DNA of 64,000 nt from Eledone cirrhosa (lineage: Eukaryota): the NCBI GenBank assembly GCA_964016885.1, contig OZ024742.1:371752001-371816000 (forward strand), in the 5' to 3' direction. The notes below the pieces were generated by a model that saw only the letters and a list, made by a program, of their open reading frames with translations, was not told the DNA's origin and did not search any database. Positions 1 through 15,500 of this stretch are shown in pieces. Positions within the stretch are counted from its first letter, which is position 1; every line of letters begins with the position of its first letter. Both the position numbers and the translations under genes were made by a program.

Positions 1-896
1 AATGATAGCCTACCTACTCTAAATGATACAGTCTACCTACTCTAAATGATAGTCTACCTACTCTAAATGATACAGCCTACCTACTCTAAATGATACAGCC
101 TACCTACTCTAAATGATAGTCTACCTACTCTAAATGATACAGTGTACCTACTCTAAATGATAGTCTACCTACTCTAAATGATACAGTCTACCTACTCTAA
201 ATGATAGTCTACCTACTCTAAATGATAGTCTACCTACTCTAAATGATAGTCTACCTACTCTAAATGATAGTCTACCTACTCTAAATGATACAGTCTACCT
301 ACTCTAAATGATAGTCTACCTACTCTAAATGATACAGTCTACCTACTCTAAATGATAGTCTACCTACTCTAAATGATAGTCTACCTACTCTAAATGATAG
401 TCTACCTACTCTAAATGATAGTCTACCTACTCTAAATGATAGTCTACCTACTCTAAATGATAGAGCCTACCTACTCTAAATGATAGTCTACCTACTCTAA
501 ATAATACAACCTACCTGCTCTAAATGATAGCCTACCTACTCTAAATGATAGTTTACCTACCCTAAATGATAGTCTACCTACTCTAAATGATACAGTCTAT
601 CTACTCTAAATAATAGTCTACCTACTCTAAATAATGGTCTACCTACTCTAAATGATACAGTCTACCTATTCTAAATGATAGTCTACCTACTCTAAATAAT
701 GGTCTACCTACTCTAAATGTTACAGTCTACCTACTCTAAATGATAGTCTACCTACTCTAAATGATACAGCCTACCTACTCTAAATGATACAGTCTACCTA
801 CTCTAAATGATAGTCTACCTACTTTAAATAATACAGACTACCTACTCTAAATAATAGTCTACCTACTCTAAATGATAGTCTACCTACTCTAAATGA

Positions 897-993
897 TAGA
901 CTGTAGTATTTAGAGTAGGTAGACTATCATTTAGAGTAGGTAGACTATCATTTAGAGTAGATAGACTGTATTATTTAGAGTAGGTAGACTATC
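897..993 (-). repeat. About four satellite units in inverted orientation
   Basis: TAGACTGTAGTATTTAGAGTAGGTAGACTATCATTTAGAGTAGG... is the reverse complement of the array unit. Confidence 0.95.
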
Positions 994-3900
994 TACTCTA
1001 AATGATAGTCTACCTACTCTAAATGATAGTCTACCTACTCTAAATAATAGTCTACCTACTCTAAATGATAGTCTACCTACTCTAAATGATACAGTCTACC
1101 TACTCTAAATGATACAGTCTACCTACTCTAAATGATACAGTCTACCTACTCTAAATGATACAGCCTACCTACTCTAAATGATAGTCTACCTACTCTAAAT
1201 AATAGTCTACCTACTCTAAATGATAGTCTACCTACTCTAAATGATACAGTCTACCTACTCTAAATGATAGTCTACCTACTCTAAATAATAGTCTACCTAC
1301 TCTAAATGATAGTCTACCTACTCTAAATGATACAGTTTACCTACTCTAAATGATAGTTTACCTACTCGAAATGATAGTCTACCTACTCTAAATAATACAG
1401 TCTACCTACTCTAAATGATAGTCTACCTACTCTAAATGATAGCCTACCTACTCTAAATGATAGTCTACCTGTTCTAAATAATAGTCTACCTACTCTAAAT
1501 GATAGTCTACCTACTCTAAATGATACAGCCTACCTACTCTAAATGACAGTCTACCTACTCTAAATAATACAGCCTACCTACTCTAAATGATAGTCTACCT
1601 ACTCTAAATGATAGCCTACCTACTCTAAATAATACAGTCTACCTACTCTAAATAATAGTCTACCTACTCTAAATGATAGCCTACCTACTCTAAATAATAC
1701 AGTCTACCTACTCTAAATGATAGTCTACCTACTCTAAATGATACAGCCTACCTACTCTAAATGATAGTCTACCTACTCTAAATGATACAGCCTACCTACT
1801 CTAAATGATACAGCCTACCTACTCTAAATTATACAGTCTAGCTACTCTAAATGATAGTCTACCTACTCTAAATGATACAGCCTACCTACTCTAAATGATA
1901 GTCTACCTACTCTAAATGATACAGTCTACTTTCTCTAAATGATAGCCTACCTACTCTAAATAATACAGTCTACCTACTCTAAACGATAGTCTTCCTACTC
2001 TAAATGATAGTCTACCTGCTCTAAATAATAGTCTACCTACTCTAAATGATAGTCTACCTACTCTAAATGATAGTCTACCTACTCTAAGTGATAGTCTACC
2101 TACTCTAAGTGATAGTCTACCTACTCTAAGTGATTGTCTACCTACTCTAAATGATAGTCTACCTACTCTAAATGATAGCCTACCTACTCTAAATAATACA
2201 GTCTACCTACTCTAAATAATAGTCTACCTACTCTAAATGATAGCCTACCTACTCTAAATAATACAGTCTACCTACTCTAAATGATAGTCTACCTACTCTA
2301 AATGATACAGCCTACCTACTCTAAATGATAGTCTACCTACTCTAAATGATACAGCCTACCTACTCTAAATGATACAGCCTACCTACTCTAAATGATACAG
2401 TCTACCTACTCTAAATGATAGTCTACCTACTCTAAATGATACAGCCTACCTACTCTAAATGATAGTCTACCTACTCTAAATGATAGTCTACCTACTCTAA
2501 ATGATAGTCTACCTACTCTAAATAATAGTCTACCTACTCTAAATAATAGTCTACCTACTCTAAATAATAGTCTACCTACTCTAAATAATAGTCTACCTAC
2601 TCTAAATAATAGTCTACCTACTCTAAATAATAGCCTACCTACTCTAAATGATACAGCCTACCTACTCTAAATAATAGTCTACCTGCTCTAAATGATACAG
2701 TCTACCTACTCTAAATAATAGTCTACCTACTTTAAATGATAGTCTACCTACTCTAAATGATAGTCTACCTACTCTAAATAATAGACTACCTACTCTAAAT
2801 GATAGTCTACCTACTCTAAATGATACAGTCTACCTACTCTAAATGATAGCCTACCTACTCTAAATGATACAGTCTACCTACTCTAAATGATAGTCTACCT
2901 ACTCTAAATGATACAGCCTACCTACTCTAAATGATACAGCCTACCTACTCTAAATGATACAGTCTACCTACTCTAAATGATAGTCTACCTACTCTAAATG
3001 ATACAGTGTACCTACTCTAAATGATAGCCTACCTACTCTAAATGATACAGTCTACCTACTCTAAATGATAGTCTACCTACTCTAAATGATACAGTCTACC
3101 TACTCTAAATGATAGTCTACCTACTCTAAATGATAGTCTACCTACTCTAAATGATAGAGCCTACCTACTCTAAATGATAGTCTACCTACTCTAAATAATA
3201 CAACCTACCTGCTCTAAATGATAGCCTACCTACTCTAAATGATAGTTTACCTACCCTAAATGATAGTCTACCTACTCTAAATGATACAGTCTATCTACTC
3301 TAAATAATAGTCTACCTACTCTAAATAATGGTCTACCTACTCTAAATGATACAGTCTACCTATTCTAAATGATAGTCTACCTACTCTAAATAATGGTCTA
3401 CCTACTCTAAATGTTACAGTCTACCTACTCTAAATGATAGTCTACCTACTCTAAATGATACAGCCTACCTACTCTAAATGATACAGTCTACCTACTCTAA
3501 ATGATAGTCTACCTACTCTAAATAATACAGACTACCTACTCTAAATAATAGTCTACCTACTCTAAATGATAGTCTACCTACTCTAAATGATAGTCTACCT
3601 ACTCTAAATGATAGTCTACCTACTCTAAATGATAGTCTACCTACTCTAAATGATACAGCCTACCTACTCTAAATGATACAGCCTCCCTACTCTAAATGAT
3701 AGTCTACCTACTCTAAATGATAGTCTACCTACTCTAAATGATAGTCTACCTACTCTCAATGATAGTCTACCTACTGTAAATAATAGTCTACCTACTCTAA
3801 ATAATACAGTCTACCTACTCTAAATGATAGTCTACCTACTCTAAATGATAGTCTACCTACTCTAAATGATAGTCTACCTACTCTAAATGATACAGTCTAC

Positions 3901-6480
3901 CTACTCTAAATGATACAGCCTACCTACTCTAAATGATAGCCTACCTACTCTAAATGATAGTCTACCTACTCTAAATGATACAGTCTACCTACTCTAAATG
4001 ATAGTCTACCTACTCTAAATGATAGTCTACCTACTCTAAATAATAGTCTACCTACTCTAAATGATACAGTCTACCTACTCTAAATGATAGTCTACCTACT
4101 CTAAATGATACAGTCTACCTACTCTAAATGATAGTCTACCTACTCTAAATGATAGTCTACCTACTCTAAATGATACAGTCTACCTACTCTAAATGATAGT
4201 CTACCTACTCTAAATGATACAGCCTACCTACTCTAAATGATACAGTCTACCTACTCTAAATGATACAGTCTACCTACTCTAAATGATAGTCTACCTACTC
4301 TAAATGATACAGTCTACCTACTCTAAATGATAGAGTCTACCTACTCTAAATGATAGCCTACCTACTCTAAATGATAGTCTACCTACTCTAAATAATAGTC
4401 TACCTACTCTACATAATAGTCTACCACTCTAAATGATACAGTCTACCTACTCTAAATGATACAGCCTACCTACTCTAAATGATAGTCTACCTACTCTAAA
4501 TGATACAGTCTACCTACTCTAAATGATACAGTCTACCTACTCTAAATGATAGTCTACCTACTCTAAATGATACAGTCTACCTACTCTAAATGATAGTCTA
4601 CCTACTCTAAATGATACAGTCTACCTACTCTAAATGATACAGTCTACCTACTCTAAATGATAGCCTACCTACTCTAAATAATACAGTCTACCTACTCTAA
4701 ATGATACAGTCTACCTACTCTAAATGATAGTCTACCTACTCTAAATGATACAGTCTACCTACTCTAAATGATACAGCCTACCTGCTCTAAATAATAGTCT
4801 ACCTACTCTAAATGATAGTCTACCTACTCTAAATGATAGTCTACCTACTCTAAATAATAGTCTACCTACTCTAAATAATAGTCTACCTACTCTAAATAAT
4901 ACAGCCTACCTACTCTAAATGATAGTCTACCTACTCTAAATAATAGTCTACCTACTCTAAATGATACAGCCTACCTACTCTAAATGATAGTCTACCTACT
5001 CTAAATAATAGTCTACCTACTCTAAATGATACAGTCTACCTACTCTAAATGATAGTCTACCTACTCTAAATAATAGTCTACCTACTCTAAATGATACAGT
5101 CTACCTACTCTAAATAATAGTCTACCTACTCTAAATGATACAGCCTACCGACTCTAAATGATACAGCCTACCTACTCTAAATGATAGTCTACCTACTCTA
5201 AATGATAGTCTACCTACTCTAAATGATGGTCTACCTACTCTAAATAATAGTCTACCTGCTCTAAATAATAGTCTACCTACTCTAAATGATAGTCTACCTA
5301 CTTTAAATAATACAGCCTACCTACTCTAAATGATAGTTTACCTACTCTAAATGATAGTCTACCTACTCTAAATAATAGTCTACCTACTCTAAATGATAGT
5401 CTACCTACTCTAAATGATAGTCTACCTACTCTAAATGATAGAGCCTACCTACTCTAAATGATAGTCTACCTACTCTAAATGATGGTCTACCTACTCTAAA
5501 TAATAGTCTACCTGCTCTAAATAATAGTCTACCTACTCTAAATGATAGTCTACCTACTCTAAATGATACAGTCTACCTACTCTAAATGATAGCCTACCTA
5601 CTCTAAATGATACAGTCTACCTACTCTAAATGATAGTCTACCTACTCTAAATGATACAGCCTACCTACTCTAAATGATACAGCCTACCTACTCTAAATGA
5701 TACAGTCTACCTACTCTAAATGATAGTCTACCTACTCTAAATGATAGTCTACCTACTCTAAATGATACAGTGTACCTACTCTAAATGATAGTCTACCTAC
5801 TCTAAATGATACAGTCTACCTACTCTAAATGATAGTCTACCTACTCTAAATGATAGTCTACCTACTCTAAATGATAGTCTACCTACTCTAAATGATAGTC
5901 TACCTACTCTAAATGATACAGTCTACCTACTCTAAATGATAGTCTACCTACTCTAAATGATAGTCTACCTACTCTAAATGATAGTCTACCTACTCTAAAT
6001 GATAGTCTACCTACTCTAAATGATAGTCTACCTACTCTAAATGATAGAGCCTACCTACTCTAAATGATAGTCTACCTACTCTAAATAATACAACCTACCT
6101 GCTCTAAATGATAGCCTACCTACTCTAAATGATAGTTTACCTACCCTAAATGATAGTCTACCTACTCTAAATGATACAGTCTATCTACTCTAAATAATAG
6201 TCTACCTACTCTAAATAATGGTCTACCTACTCTAAATGATACAGTCTACCTATTCTAAATGATAGTCTACCTACTCTAAATAATGGTCTACCTACTCTAA
6301 ATGTTACAGTCTACCTACTCTAAATGATAGTCTACCTACTCTAAATGATACAGCCTACCTACTCTAAATGATACAGTCTACCTACTCTAAATGATAGTCT
6401 ACCTACTTTAAATAATACAGACTACCTACTCTAAATAATAGTCTACCTACTCTAAATGATAGTCTACCTACTCTAAATGA

Positions 6481-6577
6481 TAGACTGTAGTATTTAGAGT
6501 AGGTAGACTATCATTTAGAGTAGGTAGACTATCATTTAGAGTAGATAGACTGTATTATTTAGAGTAGGTAGACTATC
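6481..6577 (-). repeat. Second copy of the same inverted block, offset 5584 bp
   Basis: Same sequence as 897-993, including the TAGATAGACTGTATTATTT variant. Confidence 0.95.
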
Positions 6578-9500
6578 TACTCTAAATGATAGTCTACCTA
6601 CTCTAAATGATAGTCTACCTACTCTAAATAATAGTCTACCTACTCTAAATGATAGTCTACCTACTCTAAATGATACAGTCTACCTACTCTAAATGATACA
6701 GTCTACCTACTCTAAATGATACAGTCTACCTACTCTAAATGATACAGCCTACCTACTCTAAATGATAGTCTACCTACTCTAAATAATAGTCTACCTACTC
6801 TAAATGATAGTCTACCTACTCTAAATGATACAGTCTACCTACTCTAAATGATAGTCTACCTACTCTAAATAATAGTCTACCTACTCTAAATGATAGTCTA
6901 CCTACTCTAAATGATACAGTTTACCTACTCTAAATGATAGTTTACCTACTCGAAATGATAGTCTACCTACTCTAAATAATACAGTCTACCTACTCTAAAT
7001 GATAGTCTACCTACTCTAAATGATAGCCTACCTACTCTAAATGATAGTCTACCTGCTCTAAATAATAGTCTACCTACTCTAAATGATAGTCTACCTACTC
7101 TAAATGATACAGCCTACCTACTCTAAATGACAGTCTACCTACTCTAAATAATACAGCCTACCTACTCTAAATGATAGTCTACCTACTCTAAATGATAGCC
7201 TACCTACTCTAAATAATACAGTCTACCTACTCTAAATAATAGTCTACCTACTCTAAATGATAGCCTACCTACTCTAAATAATACAGTCTACCTACTCTAA
7301 ATGATAGTCTACCTACTCTAAATGATACAGCCTACCTACTCTAAATGATAGTCTACCTACTCTAAATGATACAGCCTACCTACTCTAAATGATACAGCCT
7401 ACCTACTCTAAATTATACAGTCTAGCTACTCTAAATGATAGTCTACCTACTCTAAATGATACAGCCTACCTACTCTAAATGATAGTCTACCTACTCTAAA
7501 TGATACAGTCTACTTTCTCTAAATGATAGCCTACCTACTCTAAATAATACAGTCTACCTACTCTAAACGATAGTCTTCCTACTCTAAATGATAGTCTACC
7601 TGCTCTAAATAATAGTCTACCTACTCTAAATGATAGTCTACCTACTCTAAATGATAGTCTACCTACTCTAAGTGATAGTCTACCTACTCTAAGTGATAGT
7701 CTACCTACTCTAAGTGATTGTCTACCTACTCTAAATGATAGTCTACCTACTCTAAATGATAGCCTACCTACTCTAAATAATACAGTCTACCTACTCTAAA
7801 TAATAGTCTACCTACTCTAAATGATAGCCTACCTACTCTAAATAATACAGTCTACCTACTCTAAATGATAGTCTACCTACTCTAAATGATACAGCCTACC
7901 TACTCTAAATGATAGTCTACCTACTCTAAATGATACAGCCTACCTACTCTAAATGATACAGCCTACCTACTCTAAATGATACAGTCTACCTACTCTAAAT
8001 GATAGTCTACCTACTCTAAATGATACAGCCTACCTACTCTAAATGATAGTCTACCTACTCTAAATGATAGTCTACCTACTCTAAATGATAGTCTACCTAC
8101 TCTAAATAATAGTCTACCTACTCTAAATAATAGTCTACCTACTCTAAATAATAGTCTACCTACTCTAAATAATAGTCTACCTACTCTAAATAATAGTCTA
8201 CCTACTCTAAATAATAGCCTACCTACTCTAAATGATACAGCCTACCTACTCTAAATAATAGTCTACCTGCTCTAAATGATACAGTCTACCTACTCTAAAT
8301 AATAGTCTACCTACTTTAAATGATAGTCTACCTACTCTAAATGATAGTCTACCTACTCTAAATAATAGACTACCTACTCTAAATGATAGTCTACCTACTC
8401 TAAATGATACAGTCTACCTACTCTAAATGATAGCCTACCTACTCTAAATGATACAGTCTACCTACTCTAAATGATAGTCTACCTACTCTAAATGATACAG
8501 CCTACCTACTCTAAATGATACAGCCTACCTACTCTAAATGATACAGTCTACCTACTCTAAATGATAGTCTACCTACTCTAAATGATACAGTGTACCTACT
8601 CTAAATGATAGCCTACCTACTCTAAATGATACAGTCTACCTACTCTAAATGATAGTCTACCTACTCTAAATGATACAGTCTACCTACTCTAAATGATAGT
8701 CTACCTACTCTAAATGATAGTCTACCTACTCTAAATGATAGAGCCTACCTACTCTAAATGATAGTCTACCTACTCTAAATAATACAACCTACCTGCTCTA
8801 AATGATAGCCTACCTACTCTAAATGATAGTTTACCTACCCTAAATGATAGTCTACCTACTCTAAATGATACAGTCTATCTACTCTAAATAATAGTCTACC
8901 TACTCTAAATAATGGTCTACCTACTCTAAATGATACAGTCTACCTATTCTAAATGATAGTCTACCTACTCTAAATAATGGTCTACCTACTCTAAATGTTA
9001 CAGTCTACCTACTCTAAATGATAGTCTACCTACTCTAAATGATACAGCCTACCTACTCTAAATGATACAGTCTACCTACTCTAAATGATAGTCTACCTAC
9101 TCTAAATAATACAGACTACCTACTCTAAATAATAGTCTACCTACTCTAAATGATAGTCTACCTACTCTAAATGATAGTCTACCTACTCTAAATGATAGTC
9201 TACCTACTCTAAATGATAGTCTACCTACTCTAAATGATACAGCCTACCTACTCTAAATGATACAGCCTCCCTACTCTAAATGATAGTCTACCTACTCTAA
9301 ATGATAGTCTACCTACTCTAAATGATAGTCTACCTACTCTCAATGATAGTCTACCTACTGTAAATAATAGTCTACCTACTCTAAATAATACAGTCTACCT
9401 ACTCTAAATGATAGTCTACCTACTCTAAATGATAGTCTACCTACTCTAAATGATAGTCTACCTACTCTAAATGATACAGTCTACCTACTCTAAATGATAC

Positions 9501-12500
9501 AGCCTACCTACTCTAAATGATAGCCTACCTACTCTAAATGATAGTCTACCTACTCTAAATGATACAGTCTACCTACTCTAAATGATAGTCTACCTACTCT
9601 AAATGATAGTCTACCTACTCTAAATAATAGTCTACCTACTCTAAATGATACAGTCTACCTACTCTAAATGATAGTCTACCTACTCTAAATGATACAGTCT
9701 ACCTACTCTAAATGATAGTCTACCTACTCTAAATGATAGTCTACCTACTCTAAATGATACAGTCTACCTACTCTAAATGATAGTCTACCTACTCTAAATG
9801 ATACAGCCTACCTACTCTAAATGATACAGTCTACCTACTCTAAATGATACAGTCTACCTACTCTAAATGATAGTCTACCTACTCTAAATGATACAGTCTA
9901 CCTACTCTAAATGATAGAGTCTACCTACTCTAAATGATAGCCTACCTACTCTAAATGATAGTCTACCTACTCTAAATAATAGTCTACCTACTCTACATAA
10001 TAGTCTACCACTCTAAATGATACAGTCTACCTACTCTAAATGATACAGCCTACCTACTCTAAATGATAGTCTACCTACTCTAAATGATACAGTCTACCTA
10101 CTCTAAATGATACAGTCTACCTACTCTAAATGATAGTCTACCTACTCTAAATGATACAGTCTACCTACTCTAAATGATAGTCTACCTACTCTAAATGATA
10201 CAGTCTACCTACTCTAAATGATACAGTCTACCTACTCTAAATGATAGCCTACCTACTCTAAATAATACAGTCTACCTACTCTAAATGATACAGTCTACCT
10301 ACTCTAAATGATAGTCTACCTACTCTAAATGATACAGTCTACCTACTCTAAATGATACAGCCTACCTGCTCTAAATAATAGTCTACCTACTCTAAATGAT
10401 AGTCTACCTACTCTAAATGATAGTCTACCTACTCTAAATAATAGTCTACCTACTCTAAATAATAGTCTACCTACTCTAAATAATACAGCCTACCTACTCT
10501 AAATGATAGTCTACCTACTCTAAATAATAGTCTACCTACTCTAAATGATACAGCCTACCTACTCTAAATGATAGTCTACCTACTCTAAATAATAGTCTAC
10601 CTACTCTAAATGATACAGTCTACCTACTCTAAATGATAGTCTACCTACTCTAAATAATAGTCTACCTACTCTAAATGATACAGTCTACCTACTCTAAATA
10701 ATAGTCTACCTACTCTAAATGATACAGCCTACCGACTCTAAATGATACAGCCTACCTACTCTAAATGATAGTCTACCTACTCTAAATGATAGTCTACCTA
10801 CTCTAAATGATGGTCTACCTACTCTAAATAATAGTCTACCTGCTCTAAATAATAGTCTACCTACTCTAAATGATAGTCTACCTACTTTAAATAATACAGC
10901 CTACCTACTCTAAATGATAGTTTACCTACTCTAAATGATAGTCTACCTACTCTAAATAATAGTCTACCTACTCTAAATAATAGTCTACCTACTCTAAATT
11001 ATAGTCTACCTACTCTAAATAATAGTTTACCTACTCTAAATGATAGTCTACCTACTCTAAATAAAATAGTCTACCTACTCTAAATAATAGTCTACCTACT
11101 CTAAATAATAGTCTACCTTCTCTAAATGATAGTATACCTACTCTAAATGATACAGCCTACCTACTCTAAATGATACAGCCTACATACTCTAAATGATACA
11201 ACCTACCTACTCTAAATGATAGTCTACCTACTCTAAATGATATTCTACCTACTCTAAATGATAGTCTACCTACTCTAAATAATAGTCTACCTACTCTAAA
11301 TGATAGTATACCTACTCTAAATGATACAGTCTACCTACTCTAAATGATACAGCCTACCTACTCTAAATGATAGTCTACCTATTCTAAATGATAGTCTACC
11401 TACTCTAAATGATACAGTCTACCTATTCTAAATGATAGTCTACCTACTCTAAATGATACAGCCTACCTACTCTAAATGATACGGTCTACCTACTCTAAAT
11501 GATAGTCTACCTACTCTAAATGATACAGCCTACCTACTCTAAATGATAGTCTACCTACTCTAAATGATAGTGTACGTCCTCTAAATAATAGCCTACCTAC
11601 TCTAAATGATAGTCTACCTACTCTAAATGATAGTCTACCTACTCTAAATGATAGTCTACCTACTCTAAATGATACAGTCTACCTACTCTAAATGATAGTC
11701 TACCTACTCTAAATGATACAGTCTACCTACTCTAAATGATAGTCTACCTACTCTAAATGATACAGTCTACCTACTCTAAATGATACAGTCTACCTACTCT
11801 AAATGATAGCCTACCTACTCTAAATGATAGTCTACCTACTCTAAATAATAGTCTACCTACTCTAAATAATAGTCTACCACTCTAAATTATACAGTCTACC
11901 TACTCTAAATGATACAGCCTACCTACTCTAAATGATAGTCTACCTACTCTAAATGATACAGTCTACCTACTCTAAATGATACAGTGTACCTACTCTAAAT
12001 GATAGTCTACCTACTCTAAATGATACAGTCTACCTACTCTAAATGATAGTCTACCTACTCTAAATGATACAGTCTACCTACTCTAAATGATACAGTCTAC
12101 CTACTCTAAATGATAGCCTACCTACTATAAATAATACAGTCTACCTACTCTAAATGATACAGTCTACCTACTCTAAATGATAGTCTACCTACTCTAAATG
12201 ATACAGTCTACCTACTCTAAATGATACAGCCTACCTGCTCTAAATAATAGTCTACCTACTCTAAATGATAGTCTACCTACTCTAAATGATAGTCTACCTA
12301 CTCTAAATAATAGTCTACCTACTCTAAATAATAGTCTACCTACTCTAAATAATACAGCCTACCTACTCTAAATGATAGTCTACCTACTCTAAATAATAGT
12401 CTACCTACTCTAAATGATACAGCCTACCTACTCTAAATGATAGTCTACCTACTCTAAATAATAGTCTACCTACTCTAAATGATACAGTCTACCTACTCTA

Positions 12501-15500
12501 AATGATAGTCTACCTACTCTAAATAATAGTCTACCTACTCTAAATGATACAGCCTACCTACTCTAAATGATACAGTCTACCTACTCTAAATGATACAGTC
12601 TACCTACTCTAAATGATAGTCTACCTACTCTAAATGATACAGTCTACCTACTCTAAATGATACAGTCTACCTACTCTAAATGATAGCCTACCTACTCTAA
12701 ATGATAGTCTACCTACTCTAAATAATAGTCTACCTACTCTAAATAATAGTCTACCACTCTAAATGATACAGTCTACCTACTCTAAATGATACAGCCTACC
12801 TACTCTAAATGATAGTCTACCTACTCTAAATGATACAGTCTACCTACTCTAAATGATACAGTCTACCTACTCTAAATGATAGTCTACCTACTCTAAATGA
12901 TACAGTCTACCTACTCTAAATGATAGTCTACCTACTCTAAATGATACAGTCTACCTACTCTAAATGATACAGTCTACCTACTCTAAATGATACAGCCTAC
13001 CTGCTCTAAATAATAGTCTACCTACTCTAAATGATAGTCTACCTACTCTAAATGATAGTCTACCTACTCTAAATAATAGTCTACCTACTCTAAATAATAG
13101 TCTACCTACTCTAAATAATACAGCCTACCTACTCTAAATGATAGTCTACCTACTCTAAATAATAGTCTACCTACTCTAAATGATACAGCCTACCTACTCT
13201 AAATGATAGTCTACCTACTCTAAATAATAGTCTACCTACTCTAAATGATACAGTCTACCTACTCTAAATGATAGTCTACCTACTCTAAATAATAGTCTAC
13301 CTACTCTAAATGATACAGTCTACCTACTCTAAATAATAGTCTACCTACTCTAAATGATACAGCCTACCGACTCTAAATGATACAGCCTACCTACTCTAAA
13401 TGATAGTCTACCTACTCTAAATGATAGTCTACCTACTCTAAATGATGGTCTACCTACTCTAAATAATAGTCTACCTGCTCTAAATAATAGTCTACCTACT
13501 CTAAATGATAGTCTACCTACTTTAAATAATACAGCCTACCTACTCTAAATGATAGTTTACCTACTCTAAATGATAGTCTACCTACTCTAAATAATAGTCT
13601 ACCTACTCTAAATAATAGTCTACCTACTCTAAATTATAGTCTACCTACTCTAAATAATAGTTTACCTACTCTAAATGATAGTCTACCTACTCTAAATAAA
13701 ATAGTCTACCTACTCTAAATAATAGTCTACCTACTCTAAATAATAGTCTACCTTCTCTAAATGATAGTATACCTACTCTAAATGATACAGCCTACCTACT
13801 CTAAATGATACAGCCTACATACTCTAAATGATACAACCTACCTACTCTAAATGATAGTCTACCTACTCTAAATGATATTCTACCTACTCTAAATGATAGT
13901 CTACCTACTCTAAATAATAGTCTACCTACTCTAAATGATAGTATACCTACTCTAAATGATACAGTCTACCTACTCTAAATGATACAGCCTACCTACTCTA
14001 AATGATAGTCTACCTATTCTAAATGATAGTCTACCTACTCTAAATGATACAGTCTACCTATTCTAAATGATAGTCTACCTACTCTAAATGATAGTCTACC
14101 TACTCTAAATGATACAGCCTACCTACTCTAAATGATACGGTCTACCTACTCTAAATGATAGTCTACCTACTCTAAATGATACAGCCTACCTACTCTAAAT
14201 GATAGTCTACCTACTCTAAATGATAGTGTACGTCCTCTAAATAATAGTCTACCTACTCTAAATGATAGTATACCTACTCTAAATGATACAGTCTACCTAC
14301 TCTAAATGATACAGCCTACCTACTCTAAATGATAGTCTACCTATTCTAAATGATAGTCTACCTACTCTAAATGATACAGTCTACCTATTCTAAATGATAG
14401 TCTACCTACTCTAAATGATAGTCTACCTACTCTAAATGATACAGCCTACCTACTCTAAATGATACAGCCTACCTACTCTAAATGATAGTCTACCTACTCT
14501 AAATGATAGTCTACCTACTCTAAATGATAGTCTACCTACTCTAAATGATAGTCTACCTACTCTAAATGATACAGTCTACCTACTCTAAATGATAGTCTAC
14601 CTACTCTAAATGATACAGTCTACCTACTCTAAATGATAGTCTACCTACTCTAAATGATACAGCCTACCTACTCTAAATGATACAGTCTACCTACTCTAAA
14701 TGATAGTCTACCTACTCTAAATGATAGTCTACCTACTCTAAATGATACTCTACCTACTCTAAATGATACAGCCTACCTACTCTAAATGATACAGTCTACC
14801 TACTCTAAATGATACAGTTTACCTACTCTAAATGATAGTCTACCTACTCTAAATGATACAGTCTACCTACTCTAAATGATACAGTCTACCTACTCTAAAT
14901 GATAGCCTACCTACTCTAAATGATAGTCTACCTACTCTAAATAATAGTCTACCTACTCTAAATAATAGTCTACCACTCTAAATGATACAGTCTACCTACT
15001 CTAAATGATACAGCCTACCTACTCTAAATGATAGTCTACCTACTCTAAATGATACAGTCTACCTACTCTAAATGATACAGTCTACCTACTCTAAATGATA
15101 GTCTACCTACTCTAAATGATACAGTCTACCTACTCTAAATGATAGTCTACCTACTCTAAATGATACAGTCTACCTACTCTAAATGATACAGTCTACCTAC
15201 TCTAAATGATAGCCTACCTACTCTAAATAATACAGTCTACCTACTCTAAATGATACAGTCTACCTACTCTAAATGATAGTCTACCTACTCTAAATGATAC
15301 AGTCTACCTACTCTAAATGATACAGCCTACCTGCTCTAAATAATAGTCTACCTACTCTAAATGATAGTCTACCTACTCTAAATGATAGTCTACCTACTCT
15401 AAATAATAGTCTACCTACTCTAAATAATAGTCTACCTACTCTAAATAATACAGCCTACCTACTCTAAATGATAGTCTACCTACTCTAAATAATAGTCTAC

